In this document: positions 27,687 to 36,477 of the stretch, one piece after another
How the letters are laid out: each line of letters starts with the position of its first letter
Numbering within the stretch: position 1 is the stretch's first letter
Assembly: GCA_946537295.1 (NCBI GenBank)
Contig: CAMNFQ010000001.1
Location: forward strand, 8,430 to 72,429
Length of the DNA: 64,000 nt
Direction: 5' to 3'
Source of the DNA: an uncultured Bacillota bacterium
GTDB taxonomy: Bacteria > Bacillota_I > Bacilli_A > Erysipelotrichales > Erysipelotrichaceae
Made by a program: the position numbers and the translations under genes
The notes under the pieces: generated by a model
Database searches by the model: none
Seen by the model: only the letters and a program-made list of their open reading frames with translations
Told to the model about the DNA's origin: nothing

Positions 27687-27700
27687 TGTAATCGTTTACA
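27687..27700. promoter_or_regulatory. cre (CcpA operator) overlapping the mgl promoter -35
   Basis: TGTAATCGTTTACA fits TGWAANCGNTNWCA at all constrained positions. It overlaps a candidate -35 TTGTAA (27686-27691), with a -10 TATCAT at 27709-27714. Confidence 0.7.
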
Positions 27701-27746
27701 TTTTTGATTATCATTAAATTATGGACAGAGGTCCAAGGAGGAAAAA

Positions 27747-28757
27747 ATGAAAAAGCTTTTAAGTATTTTATTGGCTGTATTGATGGTTTTCGCTCTTGTT
27801 GGTTGTGGTAAAAAAGATGACAACTCAGGCAATGGCGGATCTACTTCATCTGATACAGTCAAGATCGGTGTTGCTATCTATCAGTTTGATGATAACTTCA
27901 TGACTCTTTATCGTCAGAATATCCAGAAGTATTTTGATGATCTTAACGCTAAAGGTGGCACACAGTATGAATTAACTATCGTTGATGGTGCTAATGATGT
28001 TGCTACTCAGACAGAACAGGTCAACACATTCATTTCTCAGGGTGTTGATGCTATGATTGTTAACCTGGTTCAGACTTCTTCTCCAGCATTAGCTAAGGCT
28101 GTTGAAGATTCTGGTATTCCTACTGTATTCATCAACCGTGAAATCGCTGACTACCAGTATGGTCCAAAGACTTGCTACGTTGGTGCTGACGCTAGAGATT
28201 CAGGTACTTATCAGGGACAGATCATTTATGATCAGCCAAACCATGGCGATCTGAATGGTGATGGTGTTGTTAAATACATCATGATCATGGGTGACCCAGA
28301 AAACTCAGATGCTAAGTTCAGAACTGAATATTCAATCAAATATTTAACTGACAACAACGTTGCAGTTGAATGCTTATATCAGGAAACTGGTATGTGGGAT
28401 CAGGCTAAGGGTCAGGAACTCGTTGCTTCTGCATTAAACTCATTCGGTGATGATATCGAAGTAGTATTCTGCAACAACGATGGTATGGCACTTGGTGCTG
28501 CTCAGTCTATTAGTGCTGCTGGCAGAAAAGTTGGCGAAGATATCTACCTGGTAGGTGTTGATGCTTTAACTGAATGCTGCGAAATGGTTAAAGCTGGTAC
28601 TATGACTGGTACAGTATTGAACGATGACATGGGCCAGGCTACTGCTGCTTGTGAATCAGTTCTTAAACTGTTAGCTGGTGAGGAAATCACTCAGAAAGTA
28701 AACTACGTTCCTTACGTAATGGTTACTACTGCTAACGCTGATCAGTACATTAAATAA
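27747..28757 (+). CDS. mglB: galactose/glucose (methyl-galactoside) ABC transporter substrate-binding lipoprotein
   Basis: Lipobox LVGC, MglB-like periplasmic binding protein, AAGGAGG SD. Confidence 0.85.
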   Translation: MKKLLSILLAVLMVFALVGCGKKDDNSGNGGSTSSDTVKIGVAIYQFDDNFMTLYRQNIQKYFDDLNAKGGTQYELTIVDGANDVATQTEQVNTFISQGVDAMIVNLVQTSSPALAKAVEDSGIPTVFINREIADYQYGPKTCYVGADARDSGTYQGQIIYDQPNHGDLNGDGVVKYIMIMGDPENSDAKFRTEYSIKYLTDNNVAVECLYQETGMWDQAKGQELVASALNSFGDDIEVVFCNNDGMALGAAQSISAAGRKVGEDIYLVGVDALTECCEMVKAGTMTGTVLNDDMGQATAACESVLKLLAGEEITQKVNYVPYVMVTTANADQYIK

Positions 28758-28773
28758 GATTATTTGTTTTGCT

Positions 28774-28812
28774 AGAAGAGTTACATGTCTCATGTAACTC
28801 TTCTTTATTGTT
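28774..28812 (+). terminator. intercistronic hairpin / partial terminator between mglB and mglA
   Basis: Perfect 14-bp stem AGAAGAGTTACATG-TCT-CATGTAACTCTTCT followed by TTATTGTTT. Confidence 0.6.
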
Positions 28813-28828
28813 TGAAGGAGAGAAATAT

Positions 28829-30340
28829 ATGTCAGAATACATTCTGGAAATGAAAGATATCTGTAAATCCTTCCCTGGTGTTAAGGCTTTAGACCATGTT
28901 TCTTTACAGTTGAAGCCGGGTCATGTTCACTCATTGATGGGTGAAAATGGAGCCGGAAAATCTACTTTGATGAAATGTCTGTTTGGTATTTATAAAAAAG
29001 ACGAGGGTACCGTCATATATAATGGCGAAGAAGTTAATATCACTGACCCTTTTGATGCTTTACAAAGAGGTATCGCAATGGTTCATCAGGAACTTATGCC
29101 GATACGGGATAGATCTATAGCAGAGAATATCTATTGCGGAAGATATCCGACAAAAGGTTTTGGACCAATCAAAGTTGTTGATCATAAGAAGATGTATGAA
29201 GATACACAGGCACTTCTTGATGATCTGGGACTTGAATTCAAAGCCACCGATAAGCTTGGTACACTTTCTACTTCTCAAATGCAGTTAGTAGAAATTGCTA
29301 AGGCAGTAAGTGCCAATGCCAAGATTATTATTTTAGATGAGCCTACTTCATCATTAACCCAGAAGGAAGTTGACAAGCTGTTTGAGATAATTAAGCGTTT
29401 AACTTCTAATGGTTGTGGTGTTATTTATATTTCACATAAGATGGACGAGATCCTGAAGATATCTGATGATGTCACGATAATGCGTGATGGTCAATACATC
29501 GGTACCTGGCCAGCTGAAGGTCTTACAACAGACTTTATCATTGCGAAAGAGGTTGGACGTGAACTCAAGGATCTCTATCCTCCAAAGATCAATACTCCAG
29601 GTGAAACAGTATTTGAAGTAAAGGATTTCGATTCAGTACTTGATAATTCATTCAAAGACTGTTCCTTCTCAGTTCGCAAAGGCGAGATCTACGGCGTTGC
29701 CGGTCTGGTCGGTGCACAAAGAACTGAACTCATGGAAGCTATTTATGGTCTTAGAGGAATCACATCTGGAACTGTCTATTATGAAGGACAGACCTTAAAG
29801 ATCAAATGTCCGGAAGATGCGATCAAGAATGGTATTGCTCTGATCACAGAAGATCGAAGAGCCAGAGGAATCTTCGGAGTTCTCTCGATCACTGATAACG
29901 TTGCGGTAGCTTCACTTGATGACTATCTGAAATTCAGAGTGATGCTCGATCATAAGAAGATCAATGAAGTCGTAAACAGATCGATCAATGAACTTTCAAT
30001 CAAGACACCAAGCCCGAAAGAACAGATCAAGAACCTGTCCGGTGGTAACCAGCAGAAGGTCATCATCTCTCGTTGGCTGGCTAAAGAACCTGATGTACTG
30101 ATCATGGATGAACCTACCAGAGGCATTGATGTCGGTGCCAAGTATGAGATCTATTCCATCATTGGCAGACTTGCTTCTGAAGGAAAGACAATCATCGTCG
30201 TATCATCAGAAATGCCGGAACTGATAGGTATCTGTGATCGTATCATGGTAATGTGTGAAGGAAGAATTACCGGAGTGGTTGAAGGAGAAGATATGAATCA
30301 GGAAAAGATCATGGAACTCTCAACCAGATTCAAGAGTTAA
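28829..30340 (+). CDS. mglA: sugar ABC transporter ATP-binding protein (tandem ATPase)
   Basis: Two ABC cassettes (GENGAGKST, LSGGNQQK). Start at ATG 28829 behind GAAGGAG. The longest ORF (from 28769) runs through the hairpin. Confidence 0.9.
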   Translation: MSEYILEMKDICKSFPGVKALDHVSLQLKPGHVHSLMGENGAGKSTLMKCLFGIYKKDEGTVIYNGEEVNITDPFDALQRGIAMVHQELMPIRDRSIAENIYCGRYPTKGFGPIKVVDHKKMYEDTQALLDDLGLEFKATDKLGTLSTSQMQLVEIAKAVSANAKIIILDEPTSSLTQKEVDKLFEIIKRLTSNGCGVIYISHKMDEILKISDDVTIMRDGQYIGTWPAEGLTTDFIIAKEVGRELKDLYPPKINTPGETVFEVKDFDSVLDNSFKDCSFSVRKGEIYGVAGLVGAQRTELMEAIYGLRGITSGTVYYEGQTLKIKCPEDAIKNGIALITEDRRARGIFGVLSITDNVAVASLDDYLKFRVMLDHKKINEVVNRSINELSIKTPSPKEQIKNLSGGNQQKVIISRWLAKEPDVLIMDEPTRGIDVGAKYEIYSIIGRLASEGKTIIVVSSEMPELIGICDRIMVMCEGRITGVVEGEDMNQEKIMELSTRFKS

Positions 30341-30352
30341 AGGAGAATAAAA

Positions 30353-31366
30353 ATGTCAGAGAAAACTGAAAATAAAAAGAAATTTGACCTAGTTCAATTC
30401 TTAATTAGTAACGCTTTGATCATCCTGATCATCGCATCTGCAATATTTGTAGGTATACAGAATCCAAGATTCTTCTCTATGGCAAATATCAAGAACCTTC
30501 TGGCTAATACATCAGTCCGTATGGTTATTGCCTTAGGTATCTCCGGTGTTCTGATCATGAGAAACAACGACTTATCTGCCGGCCGACAGGTAGGTTTAGC
30601 TGGCTGTATCTGTGCAACTCTGCTACAGAGAATGGATTATGCTGGTAAGGTATATCCAAATATGGAACCAATGAATATGTGGGTTGTATGTATTCTGGTT
30701 ATGATTGGCTTTGCGATCACAATCGGTCTGATCAATGGTCTGGTTGTTTCTAAACTTCATGTTCCAGCATTTATCGGATCATATGGTATGCAGACAATCG
30801 TCTATGGTATCGCCTTGATTTATACAGGCGCACAGCCTATCGGTGGTCTGATTCCTGAATACACTGACTGGGCAGCTGGTTCATTCCTGAATATTCCGCT
30901 GATTCCTAATCTGGCCATTGTTACGGCAGTAGTAATGCTGATAATGTGGTTCTTATATAATCACACTCCTTATGGCAAGAAGATGTATGCAATCGGTGGT
31001 AACCCAGATGCTGCTGAAGTATCAGGTATCAATACTACAAGAATGACGATCGTATCATATATGATCGCTGCTGCATTATTCGCTTTGGCAGGTTTCATGC
31101 TTGGTGCAAAAGCCGGTGGTACTTCATCTAACCTGGCTAACGGTTATGAACTGTTCGCCATCGCCGGATGTACAATCGGTGGTGTATCAGTTAATGGTGG
31201 TACTGGTAAAGTATCAGGTATTCTGGTCGGTGTTCTGGTATTCGAGATCCTGAAGATCGAAATGACCTTCTTGGGAATCGATACAGCCTGGACTTACATC
31301 GTACAGGGTATCGTAATCGTTGTAGCTATCGCTCTGGATATCAGAAAGTACATAGCTAAGAAATAA
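30353..31366 (+). CDS. mglC: sugar ABC transporter permease
   Basis: 337 aa, MglC/RbsC-type permease with about 10 TM helices. Confidence 0.9.
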   Translation: MSEKTENKKKFDLVQFLISNALIILIIASAIFVGIQNPRFFSMANIKNLLANTSVRMVIALGISGVLIMRNNDLSAGRQVGLAGCICATLLQRMDYAGKVYPNMEPMNMWVVCILVMIGFAITIGLINGLVVSKLHVPAFIGSYGMQTIVYGIALIYTGAQPIGGLIPEYTDWAAGSFLNIPLIPNLAIVTAVVMLIMWFLYNHTPYGKKMYAIGGNPDAAEVSGINTTRMTIVSYMIAAALFALAGFMLGAKAGGTSSNLANGYELFAIAGCTIGGVSVNGGTGKVSGILVGVLVFEILKIEMTFLGIDTAWTYIVQGIVIVVAIALDIRKYIAKK

Positions 31367-31382
31367 TAATCTAACAATATAA

Positions 31383-31420
31383 AAAAGATTCCGTTGATTA
31401 GTAGCGGAATCTTTTATTTT
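31383..31420. terminator. bidirectional terminator
   Basis: AAAAGATTCCG...CGGAATCTTTT stem with flanking A and T runs. Confidence 0.7.
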
Positions 31421-31941
31421 GCTTTTCTTTCGTTTTGTAATTGCAGATAGAACTTTAAGAATGAAAGGGCAGCAGCTAGTGGCATCGCGATACCAAAGAA
31501 GATTTTTCCTTCATCCATGGTGATAAAGGTGATCGTTATCGCAAAGAAGAGCAGGAATTGCCAATTGAGATTTCTCTGAATTGCCTTTTCATCTTCATCA
31601 AATGTCTTATATTTCAGATCTTGCTTGAAGTAGGCTTTTTCATATATGCCTGATGAGAACTGTTTTGAAATGAAGTAGGAAAGAACCAGTAGACTAATTG
31701 ATATCAGTATCGAATAGATATTCACTCCGATTTTGGAAAAGATCAGAACACTAAGCAAAGAAAAGATGATATACGATACTTCGCTTAATCCAAAAAACAA
31801 GAGGATATCGGCTTCGGAAATATAGCGTTTCTGTTCATAATGACACTTAGGACAGATAACTTTTCCAATCTTGTAGTTTTCGATATTCTTATTGCATTCT
31901 GCCGTAATATCTTCATGGCATTTATCGCAGTATATTTTCAT
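31414..31941 (-). CDS. zinc-ribbon membrane protein, function unknown
   Basis: MKIYCDKCH...CPKCH (CxxC..CxxC) followed by 4 TM helices. ATG 31941 lies 7 nt after a minus-strand TATAAT. The longer ORF to 32094 would overlap the divergent gene. Confidence 0.6.
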   Translation of the reverse strand: MKIYCDKCHEDITAECNKNIENYKIGKVICPKCHYEQKRYISEADILLFFGLSEVSYIIFSLLSVLIFSKIGVNIYSILISISLLVLSYFISKQFSSGIYEKAYFKQDLKYKTFDEDEKAIQRNLNWQFLLFFAITITFITMDEGKIFFGIAMPLAAALSFLKFYLQLQNERKAK

Positions 31942-32006
31942 ATTTATGATTATATTATCTAGTTTTATATTGTTCAAATACGATATAATATAGACAAGAG
32001 GTAGAT

Positions 32007-33461
32007 ATGTATCATATAAGTGACTTAAAAAAGTATTTGCGATGTGAGCGATTATACTTTTATAGCCGCGATGAGAGTTCGTCTTACAGACCATATTTGA
32101 GATCTGATAAAAATATAATTGATCTTTTAACCAGTTATTTTGGTTTCACCAATTATTTTGAAGGTATAAGAAATGATCCAACTGATCGTTTTTTCAATGA
32201 AATGTATAACTATGAATGGTATATTCATCCCCGTTTCATGGATGGAGAAATGCGTATCAATATTCCATTCATGCATAGACTGGAAAATGGAAGCTTTGAT
32301 CTGTGTTTTGTTTATTACAATACCTTTATCAAGGAACTTGATCTGATCACTTACAGGACTTCTGTCAAGGTCTTGGAAAGATTGGGATTAAGAGTAAATG
32401 ATATCTATATCGTTTATTTCAATGAAAACTATGTCAATGAAGGAACGATCGATGTTCAGCAACTCTTTGTCTGTACAGAGAAATATCAGAAGAGAAAGAT
32501 CATCGATATCGTCAGAGAAAAGGATTTTGATTATGATTATCTGATCAATGAGATGTCTGATTTCTCGATTGAAAAAAACAAGGCTAAGAAATGTCGCTAT
32601 TGTAAGCTCAATGGCTTGTGCGAGTACTATGATAAATGTTTCCCTGATGAGATGAAGGATCCTGATGATTCGATCCTGTCTCTTGTTTCCAGCAAGAATA
32701 AAAACAAGATGTATCAAAACGGTATCAGGACTTTAAAGGATGCTGATCCGAAATGGCTGGAAGGAAACAAGGTTCAATACGCTCAGATCATGGCTTCACG
32801 TAATGGCGGACTGTTTCTGGATCGCCTGGCTTTAGGTGAATGGCTGAAGAAACTGGATTACAGGCCAATTTCCTTTATTGATTTTGAATGGGATCGCTAT
32901 CTTGTACCGGAATACTACAAGATGAAACCGATGGATGTTATATGTTTCGAATTCGCCTTGTATTACATTGATAAAAAAGGACATATGGAACACAGAACCT
33001 TTGTCGGAACAGGAGATTGCCGCAAGGAGTTTGTGGAGGCATTGATCGAATATCTTCCAGAAAAGGGACCGATCCTTGCATATAACGCCATAGGTGCAGA
33101 GGTCTTGAGACTTCGGGAACTTGCGGATATCTATCCTGAATACAACAGTAAATTAAAAAAGATTATCGCCAGATTTATTGATCTTGCTGAACCATTCAGT
33201 GAAGGACTGGTCTATGATGTCAGGATGCAGGGAAATTTTACATTAAAGAAGCTTGTAGATATCTGTTCGGATTATTCCTATAAGGATCTAGATATCTATG
33301 ATGGTATGGAAGCCGTCTTTAACTGGCGTGATATTGAAAAGGCAGATAACGAAGAGGGAAACAAGATTGTTGAAAACCTTAAGGAGTACTGTTCCCTTGA
33401 TGCCTATGGATTATTCTTAGTATATCGTTGGCTTATTAAACTCATGATTGGGTCTAAATAA
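32007..33461 (+). CDS. DUF2779 protein with N-terminal Cas4/AddB-like iron-staple nuclease domain
   Basis: An N-terminal Cys (LRCERLY) plus CRYCKLNGLC gives the C..CxxCx5C pattern. The C-terminal FIDFEWD.. region is typical of DUF2779. Confidence 0.72.
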   Translation: MYHISDLKKYLRCERLYFYSRDESSSYRPYLRSDKNIIDLLTSYFGFTNYFEGIRNDPTDRFFNEMYNYEWYIHPRFMDGEMRINIPFMHRLENGSFDLCFVYYNTFIKELDLITYRTSVKVLERLGLRVNDIYIVYFNENYVNEGTIDVQQLFVCTEKYQKRKIIDIVREKDFDYDYLINEMSDFSIEKNKAKKCRYCKLNGLCEYYDKCFPDEMKDPDDSILSLVSSKNKNKMYQNGIRTLKDADPKWLEGNKVQYAQIMASRNGGLFLDRLALGEWLKKLDYRPISFIDFEWDRYLVPEYYKMKPMDVICFEFALYYIDKKGHMEHRTFVGTGDCRKEFVEALIEYLPEKGPILAYNAIGAEVLRLRELADIYPEYNSKLKKIIARFIDLAEPFSEGLVYDVRMQGNFTLKKLVDICSDYSYKDLDIYDGMEAVFNWRDIEKADNEEGNKIVENLKEYCSLDAYGLFLVYRWLIKLMIGSK

Positions 33462-33479
33462 AATATAGGAGGTAGACTT

Positions 33480-34001
33480 ATGAAATTCGCTATTTATGGT
33501 GAAAATGTAACAGTTAACGACAAGATGAGAGAAAAGATTGAGAACCGTCTTTCCGAGCTAAACAAATACATTGTCGTTGACGAGGCACAGAGTGCCAAAG
33601 TTACAGTAAAGATCTATGGAAACGCACTGAAAGTAGAAGTAAATGTTCCTACGAAAGTAGGACTTATGAGATCGGAAGTCGTTCATGAAGACTTCTCTAC
33701 CGCTGTTGATCTGGCAATTGATAAACTGGAAGATCAGATCAGAAGACAGAAGGGCAGACTTTCAAGAAGACATAAGGATTCTTTAGCAGAAAATTTCTAT
33801 GAAGAAAATGACAGCGAAGCCGATACACCTGTCAGAACTAAAACGATCTTTGCGGATGAAATGATTCTTGATGAAGCTATCATGCGTATGGAAATGTTGT
33901 CTCATTCTTTCTTTATCTATAAGGATATCGACAGTGAAAGACTCGCTGTTGTATATAAGAGAAACGATGGAGGATATGGACTGATCGAAGTAAACGAATA
34001 A
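33480..34001 (+). CDS. hpf: ribosome hibernation promoting factor (long form)
   Basis: N-terminal RaiA/HPF fold (ITVNDKMREKIENRLSELNKY) and a C-terminal dimerisation domain (FFIYKD...VVYKRNDGGYGLIE). Confidence 0.9.
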   Translation: MKFAIYGENVTVNDKMREKIENRLSELNKYIVVDEAQSAKVTVKIYGNALKVEVNVPTKVGLMRSEVVHEDFSTAVDLAIDKLEDQIRRQKGRLSRRHKDSLAENFYEENDSEADTPVRTKTIFADEMILDEAIMRMEMLSHSFFIYKDIDSERLAVVYKRNDGGYGLIEVNE

Positions 34002-34043
34002 GGTCTAAAGAAAAAAGCGCATCCTTTTCATGAAGGAGATAGT

Positions 34044-34352
34044 ATGAAAAGGAATAAAAAAGACAAATTAGAAATCGATTTATTATCAAGATCCTACCTT
34101 AACAGCAAGAGAATCCTGAACGAATATATGGATAATATTATGAATTATCCTCAAAGTGTTCTGGAATATCATAGACGTAATGTCTATCATATGGAATATG
34201 TAGCTGAATCATTGCGTCAGGAAGAGCGTCTGATAATAGAGAAAGAAGTATTAGAGGGCCAGAGAGGTAAATGGTACAGAAATTACTTTTCTGAGCCCTC
34301 TTACTATCGTTATCGTGTATCGGCATATGCAAATTTTCTACGTTGTCTGTAA
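34044..34352 (+). CDS. small basic protein, possible sigma-70 region-4/ArpU-like HTH (weak call)
   Basis: 102 aa with GAAGGAG SD. The C-terminal pattern L..EERLII.K.VLEG....W......SE.SYYRYR..AY..FL resembles region-4-type HTH proteins. Confidence 0.45.
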   Translation: MKRNKKDKLEIDLLSRSYLNSKRILNEYMDNIMNYPQSVLEYHRRNVYHMEYVAESLRQEERLIIEKEVLEGQRGKWYRNYFSEPSYYRYRVSAYANFLRCL

Positions 34353-34396
34353 TGTGCTTTAAGAAGTATAATTGTATTAGATATAGGAGGATTTTT

Positions 34397-36103
34397 ATGT
34401 TAAAAGGAATAGCAACTTCCAGTGGAATTGCGATAGGAAAGGTATATAAATTAGAGCAGCCTAAGATTGTTTTAAGTGAAGCTAAGGCTGATGTTGAGAC
34501 AAATCTTAAGAAATTCGATGATGCCCTGAATAAAACAATCAGTGATATCGAAGCTATCAAGGAAAGAGCCAGCAAGAGACTTGCTGAAGAAGAACTCGCA
34601 ATCTTTGATGCTCATCTGATGATGGCACAGGATCCAGAATTCAAGGACCAGATCATTGCGATGATCAAGGAAGGAACTAATGCAGATCAGGCTGCCAAGA
34701 GTGTGTCTGATTCATTAGTAAGCATGTTTGAATCCATGGATGATCCTTACTTCAAAGAAAGAGCAGCTGATATCAAGGATGTTTCCTTCAGACTCTTATG
34801 CAATCTGCTTGGTCTGACTATTCCAGATCTTTCTTCGATCGATGAAGAAGTAATCATCGTAGCAGAAGAAATGACTCCATCTGATACGGCACAGCTTGAT
34901 AAGAAATACGCTCTAGGTTTCGTTACAGAAATCGGTGGTAAGACTTCTCATGCTGCGATCATGGCTGTTGCTTTAGGCTTACCTGCTGTTGTTGGATGTA
35001 CTGGTATCATGACTTCCTGCAAGAATGGCGATATGCTCATCCTTGATGCCAAGGAAGGTACAGTTATCGTAAATCCAAGTGAAGCTGAACTCAAGGAATA
35101 TCAGCAGAAACGTGCTGAATTCCTGGAAGAGAAACAGGCTCTGCAGGTATTGCTTGATAAACCATCTATTACTACAGATGGACACCAGGTTGAACTTGTT
35201 GCCAATATCGGTTCACCTAAGGATATGGATAATGTCATTTCCAATGGTGCAGAAGGTATTGGATTATACCGTACAGAATTCCTCTACATGGAATCTACTG
35301 ATGACTTCCCAAGTGAGGAAGATCAGTTTGAAGCATATAAGGTAGTTCTGGAAAGAGCACAAGGTAAGAGAGTTGTTGTCAGAACACTGGATATCGGTGG
35401 TGATAAGAAACTTCCTTATTTTGAATTCGATCCGGAAATGAATCCGTTCTTAGGATATCGTGCAATCAGACTATGTCTTGATCGCAAGGATATCTTCAAG
35501 GTTCAGGTCAGAGCACTCCTACGTGCCTCAGTATATGGTAAACTCGCGATCATGTTCCCAATGATCGCTACGATCGATGAATTCAAGAACGCTAAACAGT
35601 TTGTACTTGATACCAAGGAAGAACTTCTCAAAGAAGGTGTCAAGGTCTCTGATGAGATTGAAATCGGTATGATGGTTGAGATTCCTGCTTCCGCAGTTCT
35701 CGCTGATGAATTTGCTAAGTATGCTGATTTCTTCTCAATCGGTACAAACGATCTCATTCAGTATTCAATGGCTGCTGACCGTATGTCAGAAAAAGTAGCT
35801 TATCTGTATCAGCCGCTTAACCCAGCTATCCTGAGACTGGTCAAGATGACGATCGAAGGCGCACACTCACAGGGCAAATGGTGTGGTATGTGTGGTGAAA
35901 TGGGTGGCGATCCAATGGCCGCTCCTGTACTTCTTGGACTCGGACTTGATGAATTTTCGATGTCAGCTTCCAGGATCCTTCCTACCAGAAAGATCATCAC
36001 TTCGCTGAATAAGAAGGAAATGGAAGATCTGGCAAACAAAGCTATCAAGTGTCATACTGAATCCGAAGTAAGCGCACTTGTTAAAGAAGTGCTTAACAAG
36101 TAA
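34397..36103 (+). CDS. ptsI: phosphoenolpyruvate--protein phosphotransferase (PTS enzyme I)
   Basis: MLKGIATSSGIAIGKVY, the active-site region GGKTSHAAIMA and the C-terminal PEP-utilising domain. AGGAGG SD before ATG 34397. Confidence 0.95.
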   Translation: MLKGIATSSGIAIGKVYKLEQPKIVLSEAKADVETNLKKFDDALNKTISDIEAIKERASKRLAEEELAIFDAHLMMAQDPEFKDQIIAMIKEGTNADQAAKSVSDSLVSMFESMDDPYFKERAADIKDVSFRLLCNLLGLTIPDLSSIDEEVIIVAEEMTPSDTAQLDKKYALGFVTEIGGKTSHAAIMAVALGLPAVVGCTGIMTSCKNGDMLILDAKEGTVIVNPSEAELKEYQQKRAEFLEEKQALQVLLDKPSITTDGHQVELVANIGSPKDMDNVISNGAEGIGLYRTEFLYMESTDDFPSEEDQFEAYKVVLERAQGKRVVVRTLDIGGDKKLPYFEFDPEMNPFLGYRAIRLCLDRKDIFKVQVRALLRASVYGKLAIMFPMIATIDEFKNAKQFVLDTKEELLKEGVKVSDEIEIGMMVEIPASAVLADEFAKYADFFSIGTNDLIQYSMAADRMSEKVAYLYQPLNPAILRLVKMTIEGAHSQGKWCGMCGEMGGDPMAAPVLLGLGLDEFSMSASRILPTRKIITSLNKKEMEDLANKAIKCHTESEVSALVKEVLNK

Positions 36104-36109
36104 GACAAC

Positions 36110-36139
36110 AACCGGGATGCTTTATGCATCCCGGTTTTT
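36110..36139 (+). terminator. intrinsic terminator after ptsI
   Basis: AACCGGGATGC-TTTAT-GCATCCCGGTT followed by TTT. Confidence 0.85.
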
Positions 36140-36172
36140 CTGTTATTTATTTAATACCGGAGGTAAATACTC

Positions 36173-36388
36173 ATGAACGATAAAAATAAGATTGAAAACG
36201 AAAATATTGAAACAGTTACTGGAGGTATCTATGATCTGGATAGACCTAAATGCTTTAAATGTAACTCTCTGAATATTATGAGAATGATGTCACATAAGTC
36301 TATGGGCGATCCTACAACCTACAGTTTTATTTGTCGTGATTGTGGCTATCACTGGGTTGAACGCGATGAGCTAAATAAGCTGAAGTAA
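36173..36388 (+). CDS. small zinc-ribbon protein with double-glycine-type N-terminal leader
   Basis: 71 aa with GGAGGT SD. Leader MNDKNKIENENIETVTGG, then CxxC-x23-CxxCGxxW. Confidence 0.6.
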   Translation: MNDKNKIENENIETVTGGIYDLDRPKCFKCNSLNIMRMMSHKSMGDPTTYSFICRDCGYHWVERDELNKLK

Positions 36389-36477
36389 GCTTTTCCAATG
36401 TTGGACCATTTGTTTTGTCAAATGTATTTTTTAGTATTAAAATAAGAAAAGAAAAAAATAGTGAGGTAGAAATATTT

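Noticed and set aside
31942-32094. N-terminal 51-codon extension of the Zn-ribbon membrane ORF
   Set aside because: It would overlap the divergent DUF2779 gene by 88 bp and cover its promoter. The internal ATG at 31941 begins directly with the CxxC ribbon and sits 7 nt after a TATAAT.
34138-34575. 145-aa minus-strand ORF spanning the small-protein gene and the ptsI start
   Set aside because: It is antisense to two SD-preceded plus-strand genes, one of which is the certain ptsI N-terminus.
36173-36388. Calling the GG-leader peptide a bacteriocin locus
   Set aside because: The window has no C39-peptidase ABC exporter, immunity gene, modification enzyme or two-component system. The core is a Cys4 zinc ribbon rather than a typical amphipathic bacteriocin. 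It is kept as a finding, but the bacteriocin label is not supported.
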